56,909 nt of DNA. Origin: Girardia tigrina. Taxonomy: Eukaryota. Below, piece by piece: positions 1-12,709 of the stretch. Positions within the stretch are counted from its first letter, which is position 1, and every line of letters begins with the position of its first letter. The translations under genes and the position numbers were made by a program. A model generated the notes under the pieces. The model did no database searches and was not told where the DNA came from. It saw only the letters and a list, made by a program, of their open reading frames with translations. The stretch is from assembly GCA_001938485.1 (NCBI GenBank), contig MQRK01169664.1, forward strand, positions 1 to 56,909, given 5' to 3'.

Positions 1-37
<37 letters not shown>

Positions 38-458
38 TATAATAGTTAATATTTAATTCCATTTCAGCAGTGATTTTGAAAAATCTTTAGAATTTTTGTT
101 TCTAGAAAATTAATATCTTTGCAATTTGTAGAATTAAACATAATATCAATGTAATCAACCCGATAAAAAAGTGAAGTGAATTAAATATCGATCACTCCAT
201 TATTTTAAATAATTTAACTTAAAAATAACGTATTTTATGAGATATTTTAGCTAAATATTGGTTAGCATAAGTATCAATTGAGCGATAAAACAATCTAAGA
301 GATAATCAATCAAGTCTGATGTCTGTTCGAAGGACAACTTAAATTGTGTTTAAAATACATATTTCAAAAATAGTTGTAATATTCTCCATCATAATTTTTA
401 ATAACAAGAGATTTCAAATTTCATTATCCTGTTTTATAGAAATTATTTAGTATATATA

Positions 459-1882
459 CATGGGGTGGCCGTTTTACCCAGTTTAAATAATAATAAACAC
501 AAAATTCTAAATGATACAACTATTATNNNNNNNNNNNNNNNNNNNNNNNNNNNNNNNNNNNNNNNNNNNNNNNNNNTTAAATAATAATAAACACAAAATT
601 CTAAATGATACAACTATTATTTAATCAACGTACAATAATAATTTCAAAACAAAAACTTGAAAACAATTAAATCTTATCTTCAAAGTGTTGTCCTTTAGAT
701 TTAATACACAACTGGATTCTTCTCTGAACAGAGTGACAGATTCGTCGACACAAGTCTTTATCGTTGTTCAAGGCTGCTAATTCTGTAGTAATTCTTTCCT
801 TCAACTCGGATATGGTTAGAACATTTTGTGAGTAAACGCGTTCCTTCAGGATACCCCACATTGAATAATCAAAATGTGTCAGGTCCGGTGATCGTGGAGG
901 CCATTCAGTGGTTCCTCTCCTGCCGATCCACATCTCAAAAGTGTTATCCAAAAAGTCGCGTATATTTCTACCATAATGAGGGGGAGCACCGTCTTGCATC
1001 CAAACGTCGTTATCTGTGTCAAGCTGAGGTACGGCAAAATCACGCAGTATGTCGAGATATAGTTGAGAATTGACCGTTTCATCAAAGAAGTATGGATCCA
1101 GCACACCAGTTGAACGTATTCTTCCCCACAAACAAATTCCTGGAGAAAGATTGATAGTCTCCCATACCAGATGATGATTCTCAGTGGAGTAGTACAAGGC
1201 ATTATACAAATTAACGTGACCATTCAACTTAAATGAAGCTTCGTCGGTCCAAATTATTCTGTCCCTAATGTCAATGTTCTCATGGAGTTGTCGCTGTAAC
1301 CATTCGCAAAATTCTATGCGCCTGTCATAATCGTCATCATTCATTTGATGGAGCAAACGAGGTCACCAAACTTTCAACTCAATGTCCTTCATTATTCTAC
1401 GTAAACTTGTGCGTGGTATATGCAACTGCAAACTTGCACGAACTGCAGATGTTGATGGCGCATTCTGATAGAAAGTTCTAACATTTTCTTTATTTTCATC
1501 GGTATTCATATTGTTATGGCACCCACTTCTTTTCTTGTCGGTTACAGAACCGGTCTCATGAAACTTTTTAGCCTAAACATGCATTGATTTTCGTGATGGA
1601 GGAGCGTCATTAGGATACTCTTTTGCAAATGATGCAGCTACAGCTCTTGAATTTCTATCATGCTTTATCCACTGCTTTACTATAAAAATTCGTTGCAGAA
1701 GTGTTAATTGTCCTGCCATGCCAATATTGCCAATAACAATGGACAAAATGAAATAATTTTAAAAATTTTTAAATAAATAATTATTGAAACAAAAAATTTT
1801 ATCTGGTTTTTGTTTATAAATCATTTAGAATTTTGTGTTTATTATTATTAAAACTGGGTAAAGCGACTTATGGCCACCCCTG
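459..1882 (-). mobile_element. Tc1/mariner-superfamily DNA transposon, rosa/DD41D-like (DD40D here), full length
   Basis: About 60-bp imperfect TIRs (ca(t)ggggtggcc...tacccagttt.aataataataaacacaaaattctaaatga) at 459 and 1882, both flanked by TA. Confidence 0.9.
667..1719 (-). pseudogene. Transposase pseudogene (DUF4817-like HTH plus DD40D catalytic domain)
   Basis: ATG at 1719 (MAGQLTLLQRIFIVK) is in frame with ORF 667-1356 but interrupted by two stops (about 1573 and 1363); motifs WTDEA, MQDGAPPH, WPPRSPDLTHFDY with 40 residues between D2 and D3. Confidence 0.88.
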
Positions 1883-2356
1883 TATACATAGTAATATAAA
1901 ATAATTAAATAAAAAAAGGAAAATTAAATATATTTTATTAAAAATTCAAAAAAATTGAATATTGTTCAATTTAAAGAAACTATATCCTGTGGCTATGATG
2001 GCTCATCAAGATTCAAAGTAGCATCCGTAGCTATTAGATCGATCGACTGTTGATTTTCTGGTGTTGAAAAAGATAGGAAAATTGTTGGTAAAATTGCTCG
2101 CTCTGATTGGTTGACCAATCAAAGCGAGTAAATTAATTAATCTGGGGATTTTTAAAATCACTTTTTGTGACGTGATTGGTACGAAAATTTATGATTATCA
2201 AATTTCCGAAAGGTAATTTTTTGATTTGGTGAAATTCTAAAAACGAATCTATCGTTTTGTTTAAACGATTTGAAAGACGATTTTTGTCCATTGATTCTAT
2301 AGTCACTGAAATTAAATCGATTAGAATTATTTACGATTTAAAAAAAGTTTCAAATA

Positions 2357-3354
2357 CAGGTTTGGCTTAAAAGTATCTTCCAAAATTTCAATAACAAGTG
2401 AATATCAACAAAGTATTTAATCATCAACGTACATAAGTTTTCAAAATATTCCCCATCATGCTCAATGCATCATTGCCACCTTGATGGTAACTTGTTGATG
2501 CCATCCTGGAAGAATTGCTGCAGTTTTGAGTCAGCCCATTGTTGAAAATCGTGCATTACAGGAGATGAACTGGTGTAATTCTTTCCTTGTAAGGCAGATT
2601 TCATTGGTCGAAAAAGGTAATAATCCGAGGGGGCCAAGTCTGGCAAGTATGGTGGATGTTCAAGAATGTTGAGACAAAGCTGAGTAATCTTCTCTTGTGT
2701 GATGGTAGCCGTATGAGGTCTCGCATTGTCGTACTGGAGGTAGATATTCCCATGAGACATTCGTCTTCGTCGTTTTTCAAAAACGGATATATTTAATTTT
2801 TCTAACAGGTCGCAATAATATTGGGCAGTGATACTCTCATTAAGTGACCAAACGCCCATCAAAATAATCTCTTGTGAGTCCAAGAATAGACTCAGCATGA
2901 ATTTCATTTTGGTAAGGAGGGTTTTTGATTCCGTCACTGCTTTATCTCCAGTTTATCACCAAGACTTTTACCGTTGTTGACCACTGTTTTGCAAATAAAC
3001 CCATGTTCTGAGGCCAACTGTGCCTTCACCAATGATTCAGTTGATTTCCTTATGATTATTGGCAGTTGACAGTCCTCTCTTCCAGTTGTAATAAATGATT
3101 TTTTTAATATCTTCTCGAGAAAACTGCATTTTCAGTATGAATACTCATTATAAAAAACGTAAAACATTCGTTATAGATATAAACAATGTTTAATTTCATA
3201 CAAATTAAGTATTTTATTATAAAATTTCTGTTCAAATTGTAAAAATATTAACATATATTGTTAACCAAACTACTGAAGTGTACGTGGTAAAAATGTCATT
3301 AACCGCAAATGCATAGAACTAATTTTAGACAGCTTTATTCATCAGCCAAACCTG
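2357..3354 (-). mobile_element. Internally deleted mariner (DD34D)
   Basis: TIRs caggtttggct... / ...agccaaacctg with TA flanks; YDNARPH and HPPYLPDLAPSDY in ORF 2470-2937; N-terminus MQFSREDIKKIIYYNWKRG at about 3129. Confidence 0.9.
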
Positions 3355-5348
3355 TATATTCATCATTTTGAATATCACTTAATTAACGAATATATGCTAC
3401 TAAATTTTACTATGTTTTTGAAATTTTGAACAAAATTTACTTTCCTGTACGACTTTTTTGAAAACCTCACTTTGAATTTGAAACGAAAACTATTACCAGT
3501 TTTTGAATAGAAAATTTTATTAATTGAAATAAATTATTATTGTTTGAATTACTTGGGATTGAAACTTTTGAATTTGATTATAAAAAAATTTCTTTCGATG
3601 CTCTAATGATAAACCAAACAAAAAATTATTTTCAATAACAATTCAGCAATAAATTGAAAATGGGTCCAGAACAAAATACCCGAGCAGCAATACAACTGCA
3701 TCTCTTCAACCTGCGGTCAGTCTCTGAGGAAAACTGGGAACTGAACTGAAAAACCGTGTTGATAATTTTGTGATCAAGATTGTTAGATGTTCTTGGAACA
3801 TTCTTAGAGTCATTATTAAAAGTTCATTCCGACATCAAATTCAAATTTTATTATCTCACAATATTTTCTAAAATAAATGATTACTATAAATGACTATAAG
3901 GTGCACCTTAAAAAAAGTCTTGTAAAATTTTATGGATGTGTCTTATAATCCGGTGTGTTTTATATATTAAATTATTTTATATAAAATTTATGAATCTAAT
4001 ATAAAATCTAAATAATGTTATTAAAAAAGTGATATTAAATCTGTACTTGTTTAAATATTTTGTATTTATATAACAAAAATATGATGACAGAATTTAGAAA
4101 TTTGTATTTTGAAATTTAAAATTTATGTTTTTCAAAGATTAATTCCATTTTAGACTGATTCCATTGCTCTTCAGAAAAGCCAAGCTGTCGTTTTTGACAA
4201 CAACGCTATTTTAAACGACACCAACTTCAAGGCGATAATTCCAATTGACTTAATTTTTCTGAATTTTTATTGCTTTGCTAGATCTAAGCAATATGTCTTA
4301 AAATATCAATGTTTTCTTCAAATATGCGCCGTTTAAAATGTTCTTGAGATTATTATTGCAAATATTTTTTTAAAATCACTTTCCTCCAAAATTCTAGTAG
4401 CTTCCTTATTCTTGATTCATAAAAAACTATACTTTTGTCTGTAAAAATCCTTCTAAGACCAGTCTATGTCATCATATCCAGCGAATGTTTTTCTGCTTAA
4501 CACTAGATTTACGGTTATTGACTATATACCTTTTTATTAAAACACAAAGTTATAGATTTTTAGTTACTGTTATCTTCAATATATTTTTTAGATGTAAATT
4601 ATATCTTTGATGTACACTTTCAACATACAAAATTGTTCCATTCAATGCAAAGAGAGTTCGACCTTTTTTCTTACATAACCCAATTTGGTAAGAATTTCTC
4701 ACATTTTAATTTCGTACATCAAAAAATGAATTGAAGCTGATCGCAGAGCGGTAGGTCGAGCGTGATCGCTACGCTCAGAGTTCTTCAACTCGCATCTTGT
4801 TGTCGATTTCTGGTTATCGAAATGTTTATCGAAATTTACTGTCCAATCACAAATTTTGGCCCTAAAGAGGGCCGTATTTCCTTCGCAAATTTCTGCGTTC
4901 TCAGTTAAATCTCCCGGTAACAGTAGTACTATTCCCATTTGCTGCAGTAAGAATTCTGTAATTTGTCTTACATCTTCGGTTTTCGATTTGGGAATTGATA
5001 GAGATATTAGAAATTCTACGATTTTCTTTAATTTCGATTTTAATGTCGTTTGAGACGACTTTACCGATATTTAATAGGAAGCAGTTATTCGTGTACTCTG
5101 ATAATTGACGAATCTCTTGTCGAACATCGTTGAAATATTCGTCGGTTTAATATTCGTCTTTTTTACTTTAGATTTCTCTAAATTCTCCGATTCGATTTCG
5201 GTGGACGAGATTCAATTTTCATTAATTCTTTTTACTTTCAACAACGATAAGAAAAACCAATGAAAAAATCAATATTGCTTAGAAATCGTAATTAGTTCTG
5301 AAAACTCTGTACAAATTAATGCATTAAAACAATGCAAATAATTTTGTG

Positions 5349-5384
<36 letters not shown>

Positions 5385-5794
5385 TATAGATATATATATA
5401 TATATATAATTTAAACTTACATTTATGAATTTAAACAAAAGTCAGTTAAACATAAATAATTTACACATAAAATTTCATAACAATTAAAAATTTAATTTTC
5501 ATTTTTTTTATATTCTTAAACAGAAGCATGTATTTCTTACACATTCTTACACATTTTAAGTCCCAATATCTTACACCATAAATATAAAGCATTCAAGGTC
5601 TTTGCTTCCAATGCTCCTCGAGCATACAAGTCGCTTAAAAAGCTCGTAATACTGTTTCTTTCATTGACCAATAATCTTTTTATCCAACAATCATTTGCTT
5701 GGTGTTGCTTTTTCTTGTTCATTATTTATTTCGCAATAATTAATATATATAACTTAACCTGTAAAATATACGGAATTTCGTAAAAATAGGTATA

Positions 5795-7463
5795 TACCAT
5801 CTAGAATTCGACTAACCAGCCGTTTTTCTTCCAATCATTCAGTTCGGTGTCGATTTCTTCTTCATGGCACCAGGCTGATGAATAGCTCGCGACACTGTTA
5901 TGCACAAGAGGTGCGCCCCCCCTTCCAGTGCCATGACACAGACCAACATTGCCCATTAAATTTTTCAGTGAAATCTTGGTCTGTGATGAATGCTGGTGGT
6001 GCCAACGACCCTGTCAGATCCATCCTTGTCCCTCTAGCCGCTTTGCTCCTCTTAACTGTGGCTAATATTTCGGCGCGCTCGTTCTGGCTACCACACTGAT
6101 TCTGTCCACAGTTCTTGAAACTTGTTCTATTCCGAACGCCAGTTGCGTCCCGTTACCATTGATGGTTACACCGCTCCAACATCGCTATGACGTCCATTCT
6201 GATCAGGACACCGACCCCTATCCCGCTGGGGTCCGTTGTCAAAAGCGTCCTACATTGTATTTGCTGCCCCGTACTTTGATGTTTGCCCACGCTCCTTTCG
6301 TATTTCTCTCGGCCTGCCCACTGTTTGGATTTTCTCTGAAATTATACTCACATTGACTGACTTTATTAATCGTTGTTCAATCATAGTTGTTGAGCAACAT
6401 GTGTCCACCAGTACTCTCCCCTCCTTTCTTTCGACTCGTATATAAATTATAGGTAGTTGCGCTCTACTCCTAGTAGCCACCTCACCTGCACAATAATGGG
6501 AGGCCGCTACACGTTTCCCGAATGTCGGTACCCTTGAGGACAAGTTGCGCACCGGTGCTCATTGCTACCACATACAAATCAACCGTTGTCCCGACTATGT
6601 GCGGTGCTTTGTGACGACGGTTTCAGCCGGTATAACTGTCTCATGTGACCCGTTTTACCACATCTGAAGCATTGATTTGTTCCGGTGAGTTTTGTTCCAT
6701 TGATCGCTGCTGCTGCTGACTGGTCTGACGATCCATTCCTTCCGGTTAAAAATGTGATTTCCCCTGCTGATAAATCTGTCTGATTAACACGGAGCAGAGA
6801 GAGGGCCACTGCAATTAATTCCTGCAACGTGGCTTGAGATTTAGCCTCCTCCGATGCGATATGGCGAGCTGTATCCGTCAGGAGCCCTGCTAAAACAGCT
6901 TGCTTAATAAAATGTTCTTGAGGATCTTCCCCTTGGCATATGAATGTCGTGAACCTCCAAGGCGCGCCACAAACTCGTCGATTGACTCGCCTTGTCGAAG
7001 CTTTCGATTTCGGAATTCGTCATAAGTAGATCTTGGGTCCAGTCCGAATGCAACTGATAATAACACCTTGATCGCATGGTAGTTTTCCTGTTCTTGTAAT
7101 GGCAACCCTGTATATAGCTCGAACGCGCGGCCCTCCAAAAGAAGCGGGATCGCTCCTAATTTGTCGACTTCACAGATACAGGCTGATGCTTCAAATTTCC
7201 GACACCACGTGCCGAAATCTCCATTTCCATCAAATATGCGGACTGCGTCTGTAAATTTGATATTGCACATGCGGCGATAGCTTGTCGTCTAAATCAGAAA
7301 AAATAAATATGCGTCACAAATATTTATTTAAATCTAAACAATGCATCGGCAAGCAACCGATTAAAACAAATGAATTAATAATTAATCACAATTAATAACA
7401 TAAATAAATAAAAATTTTAACAAAATGTTGTTTTACAGTGTGGTGCTCCTGTTTCGAACAACA
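5795..7463 (-). mobile_element. Ty3/Gypsy remnant: 5' end, gag, zinc knuckle, protease, start of pol (frameshifted)
   Basis: gag-like FDGNGDFGTWCRKFE...PLLLEGRAF; degenerate CCHC CFRCGKTGH; retropepsin-like VLVDTCCS; EEIDTELNDWKKNGWL just before the truncation; starts TGTTGTTCG at 7463. Confidence 0.85.
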
Positions 7464-7998
7464 ATGAATAAAAACTTGAAGTAGTTTAAATAATGTACGC
7501 CAAAATTGAAAATTTTTGAAATTGGTTTTATGAATAAATACATGTCTCCAAAATATCTTCGCTCTGTTTCACGGTTTTCCACTTTACCACAACTTGTGTG
7601 ACTAAACTTCATATGCGATATTCACTAATCTGCAAATGGCCACTTTTATGAATAAAAAAAGATAAGAAAAAGTTTTGAAATAAGGTTAAGTTAAATATGT
7701 ACAAATTAAAATTTAGATTTATTCAAATAAATAAAGTTTGAAAAAAAATTTTTAAAATTAATAAGATCTAATTAAACTGTTAAGAATTAGGAATTTTTTA
7801 AGTAGCCTAAAATGTAATATACACATTAAAATGTATAATTTTTAAATATGTAACGATTTTTAAAAATTAATAAAATTAAATGAATCGATGAAATATTTTA
7901 AAATGTTATTGTAATTTAAAATTGATTAATATCAAATAATAATATTATAAGTATTTTTATTTATATCGGTTTACGATTTATAAAACAAATTGTTTCTC

Positions 7999-8122
7999 TG
8001 TGAGAGAAAATTCGGAATGTTGTAAGTTTGTTGTTTGTATGCTGTTTAGATTGGTGACTCTCCTACTCAGATGGGAATGTTATGTTATTGATTCATTGTT
8101 TGAATCTAATGAAATTAATTTA
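7999..8122 (+). mobile_element. 5' fragment of dispersed TGT...ATA element
   Basis: tgtgag...gtgactctcctactcagatggga; closely matches the copy at 39262. Confidence 0.75.
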
Positions 8123-9039
8123 GTGAGCAGAAGAGAAGAAAATAGGATGGTGTTTGTGTTTATGACACCGTCGGCAATAAAAAAAATATTCAGAGATGAA
8201 CGGCAAAAATTGAAGGCTGCATTTACTAAAGAAAAATCCATTCTGGATACAATGAAGGATTTGTTGAAGGATCTTCCAACCCAAAAAAAACATACAAAAA
8301 AGCAGAACTTATGAAAACACTAACAAAAGAAAAATTGCCTGAAAGGAACTACTCAACCTTGCCTGTATAAATATGGTTGACAGTTATAAGTTTGTTTAAA
8401 TATTAGATTTAAACATTTTTTGTGGATAATAATAAAATTTGGATGTTTAAAGTAACTCTCAATAATAATTCCGAGGATTTTCCAAAAACATCTATTAGCC
8501 GCGATGAAAAACCAACCGGGTTGAATTTACTGGCGGTCGATTTGAGCGAATACGATACGATCAACTCATTCGGAGACACGGAGTAGGCCGTCGGACGGTA
8601 AACTAAGGGTCAAACTGAATCAGCCGTCATCCAAGATGGGACCGATTACCACGTATATGAAGGCACCGATCGGAAAGTCCTCGAGGACTGAACAGAAAGC
8701 CGATGTCATAATGCGTGCCGACCGAGAGCCAATGGTTTGAACCACTTTACGAGCGACTGCAAAATGTGCTGTGTCATAGAGTGAAAAATAAAGAAACAAA
8801 TTTTAAGTAACCATTTATTATTTCACAATTCAGAACATGTTTCACGACAAAAAAGTTTCCTATTTTTTATTTCTTTTGTTTATATTAATCTCATATTAAG
8901 TCCTTTAAATTAATTTAAAAAAATAAAATTGACATTTCAAAATCTTTCTGAAAATTGTTTCATTAATCTGAAATTTAATAAGCTATGTTTTTTCAACAAA
9001 TCAATTTTCGTTATCAAACATGAATAATGAATTTAAAAT

Positions 9040-9136
9040 AAATTATTAAAACAAAATTTGATTGGACGAATAAAAAATTAACGATTAATTATAACAAATA
9101 TTAACACTATTTTTTAAATTAATAAATAAAGTTGCA
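9040..9136 (+). promoter_or_regulatory. Conserved proximal upstream region of LicD copy A with an inverted CCAAT (ATTGG)
   Basis: About 100 bp nearly identical to 36395-36491, containing aaatttgattggacgaa. Confidence 0.5.
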
Positions 9137-9507
9137 ATGTCTTGTTTAAGTGTGTCTTCGATTAATATAAATAATAAATACTTTAAAATATTCTTAATTT
9201 TTTGTATTATTTTCGTGTTTATTGCGTTGGTTGGTCGGAATAAGGAATTCCTGTTCTCTTACGAAGACGTAAAATCTGAAGAAAGTATTTCGTTTCGTAT
9301 TCAATATGAAATGTCTCCATCAGAGATCTTCAATTACAATCTTNNNNNNNNNNNNNNNNNNNNNNNNNNNNNNNNNNNNNNNNNNNNNNNNNNNNNNNNN
9401 NNNNNNNNNNNNNNNNNNNNNNNNNNNNNNNNNNNNNNNNNNNNNNNNNNNNNNNNNNNNNNNNNNNNNNNNNNNNNNNNNNNNNNNNNNNNNNNNNNNN
9501 NNNNNNN
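9137..9507 (+). CDS. LicD/fukutin-family protein copy A, exon 1 (3' end in the N gap, inferred from copy B)
   Basis: N-terminal TM anchor (IFLIFCIIFVFIALV); 15 differences in 207 readable nt versus the exon at 36492. Confidence 0.8.
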
Positions 9508-9597
9508 NNNNNNNNNNNNNNNNNNNNNNNNNNNNNTATATATATATATATATATATAAATAAAATGAAGAACAAACGCCATTTAAAAGTTTTTTAT

Positions 9598-9640
9598 TTC
9601 TGAAAACATGTTTCGCCATTACGGCATCATCAGTTGTGAA
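9598..9640 (-). ncRNA. Degenerate minimal type I hammerhead ribozyme of a Penelope-like element
   Basis: Minus strand reads ttcacaa-CTGATGA-t-gcc-gtaat-ggc-GAAA-catgtt-ttcagaa: core boxes, 3-bp stem II, palindromic helix III, helix I with 2 mismatches; lies just 3' of a GIY-YIG C-terminus. Confidence 0.65.
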
Positions 9641-9960
9641 GTAAATTTAAAATTACAAGTCATTTATATGGCACATTGACTATTAGGCAATTAATCTTAT
9701 TTTTTTTAATTAATAATAAACGATTTTAATATGATTGGATAATTCACTTTGAACATTTAAGCATGGTTTTAAATGCTTTATTAATAATGCCTCAGTGACT
9801 ATCCTCTCATGATGTGTCAAAATTTTTCTTCAAAACTGTAAATTCAGTTTCATAGTTAACTTTATCTCTATTTCTGCATTTTTTAATGGTGTTGGACGCA
9901 CTAGAATAGCTGAACACACCCAATTGAGTAGGAATAGTTCGATTCTAGATCACATTTATA
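9598..9960 (-). mobile_element. Penelope-like element 3' remnant (GIY-YIG) with inverted 5' piece
   Basis: Minus strand KKCRNRDKVNYETEFTVLKK...ERIVTEALLIKHLKPCLNVQ; plus strand RTRIAEHTQLSRNSSILDHI at about 9897-9956. Confidence 0.7.
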
Positions 9961-11359
9961 TTTTATATTTATAGATCACAAGTTTATTTTAAATCTACGG
10001 AAAAAGATAGTTTAAAAAATTTGTTCAGTTTTATTTCTATCGCTTTATTTCTCTTTCCCGTTTATATTAAAATCTCAATCTTCCCATTAAATAGATCAAT
10101 TATCCTCTACATCAACTACAACGATAAAATCCTTTTATTTAAGTAACATTAATTCATAACATTCTTAATAAAGACCTTCTTTCTTGTTTTTAGTGATTCT
10201 AATTCATATCTTCTTTTTGACCCGTTTGTAATTTACTGTTTACTTGTTAATATAATTTATTTATATCAATTTGATTTAATAATATTATTTTTATATTTAA
10301 ATCAAATAAAAATGAGTTGAAATATCCTCTCAAACACAAATAGTATATCAATGCGCTTTAGAAAAATAAAAGTTTTCTTTACTGTTTTAATCATAAGATT
10401 ATAATACTTTTATTAATTACAAACTTGTGGTTCTCCTGACAATTCTATTTTATGATTATGATTACAATTTTATTCGGTAAAAAACGTTTTATTAAAAACT
10501 ACTGTAAATAACGTTTTATAAATATTACGGTAAATAAACACGTAATTTGAAAATTTTTATGATCTTGTTCTGTTAAATGCAAATTGCTAGAATTGTTTCA
10601 TTCGACCAAATAACGAAAGGAATTTTGAAAATTTTGAATACCTCAAAAAGAATTTTCATTTTAAAAGGGAAATGGTGTTTTGGACCAGTGTGGAGGTCAT
10701 GAACTGTCCTTGGGGAACCGCGTGAAACAATATTAATGATTTTAAGATGATGCTGACCAAAACGATTATCTGAAGTTGTTTAGACATCATCCACAAGGTA
10801 TAGCGGGGACTCAGTTAGCTAAAGTAGAATTCAAGTCCACACTAACGACAAGAGGCGACAGAACAGAAGAACTTTTCTCTCGAGAATGGTCACCACAGTG
10901 AGCTGGTCCATCGGGAGACGCACAACAGTGAGTTCAGAGTGACTCTCGAGTGGCTACACGACCTTCGATAGAGATTTCCGGTTGATAAGACCCTCCAAAG
11001 TTGAGTGGCCCGGAGCGGAGCTAATTCGAGAAACATGCCAAACTGCAGAACTAGAAACAAAAATATTCAAATTTGTAATAAAAATTTCCAAAATCCCGTC
11101 ACTAAAAAACTAAAAAGTCATTAATCTTGTTTTAATACGTTTATCTGTGTCTGATATCTGTTGAAATTATTTCTTTCTTTTCTGTTAAATTCTGGTTAAA
11201 TAATTTACATAAATCAATCAAAATATTTTCCTTAACTGTCAGAAAAATTTAAAACATTATATTTAAATAAATAATATAAATGGTATATTTAAATTTTTAA
11301 ATGAATAAAGGTATTGTAAATGAAGGCAAGTTATTTAAAAAAATGATTGAAAGTATAGG

Positions 11360-11790
11360 TACTGTAGATTCTGTTTTTATGTGGATTTTTTATGCGGTTT
11401 TGAAATAGTGCGGTTTTTAAAAAATATATCATGTAATAAAAATCTTCCAGTGCATTGGATGACCAACATGAAAACCTTGGTAACTACCGCAATTTTCACA
11501 GAGTGGTTTAATCCATATTTTATTACAGAAGTTAAGAAATATTTGCATAGATAAAACTTTCGAGTTCAAAGGGATTTTGCTTATCGATAACTCGCCAGTA
11601 CATCCGCATATTGAACATCCCAATGTCGCGATAGTCTTTCTTCCATCAAATAATACCAACATTTTCAACCATTGGATCAGGCCATCATCTGCAGTTTTAA
11701 AAAACATTATATAAAGTGGGCATTTCAGCACGTTTTGGACAAGATAGAGGATCGACGAGATGACAGTTATGGATGTCTGGCAAAAATTTT
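11360..11790 (+). mobile_element. pogo/Tigger DDE_1 transposase fragment
   Basis: HWMTNMKTLVTTAIFTEWF; LLIDNSPVH...IVFLPSN.T..(frameshift)QPLDQAIICSFKKHY. Confidence 0.8.
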
Positions 11791-11985
11791 AGCTAGTGAA
11801 TGTACTTTAAATTTTAAAGTTTATGCAATGTTTATTTCAGTATGTTTATTTTGAGAGGTCGTTAAACCATTGTCATTCAACTTGACCAAACAAATTCAGA
11901 AGGATAATCTTTCTTGATATACTGATTCTGTCTTTCTTAAAAATTGTTTTGTAAAATTTCTAATAAATATATAAAATAAAAGATA

Positions 11986-12036
<51 letters not shown>

Positions 12037-12212
12037 NNNNNNNNNNNNNNNNNNNNNNNNNNNNNNNNNNNNNNNNNNNNNNNNNNATATATATTGGTCT
12101 GAAAGGATCTAACATAAGATTTAAGTTGCTCTTAAATTATTGTCTTCAAAATAAAGTCAATCAAGCAATGAGATTGAATCTCAATTACGAGAATAATCTT
12201 TCTTGGTATACT

Positions 12213-12629
12213 TGTGAGGAATGTTTTGAATTGTGTGTTGATATTGTGCATGTAGAATGTTGATTCGGATTGTGTCTCTCCTACACAGATGCATGATTGA
12301 TATTTTCTTTGATTTCTACTAATTAAAAATAATTTAATTTAATCTTAAAGTAAAAAGGTTTTAAATAATTATTGAATGTATTATTTATTTTTTAATGTAA
12401 TTTAAAATTTTAATATATTAATTTAATATGTTCTTTTTTTTTAAAAAATGTTTAGATTTAATTTTAACCATTTAGATTATTTATAATTAATAATTTTTAT
12501 TAACAGATTTTCATTTATTGAAAATAATTAGTTTCAACTCAGAAATATATTGATCAAGAGAGATGTCAAATAGTGAATGCGCTTGTGATATCAATAAATG
12601 TTGTAAACCTCATATTGATGTTGTTAATA
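12213..12629 (+). mobile_element. Dispersed TGT...ATA element (solo-LTR-like), full copy
   Basis: 5-bp TSD atact (12208-12212, 12630-12634); empty-site paralogue at about 11905-11950. Confidence 0.9.
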
Positions 12630-12709
12630 ATACTGATTCTGTCTTTCTTAAAAATTGCCTTGTTCTTTCAATAGCATTTTACTTTTTAAATGAACTACTA
12701 TTATTATCA

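Noticed and set aside
484-620. Direct repeat flanking an N gap (also 37150-37387 and 55965-56909)
   Set aside because: Identical sequence on both sides of a gap is the signature of unmerged contig overlaps, not biology
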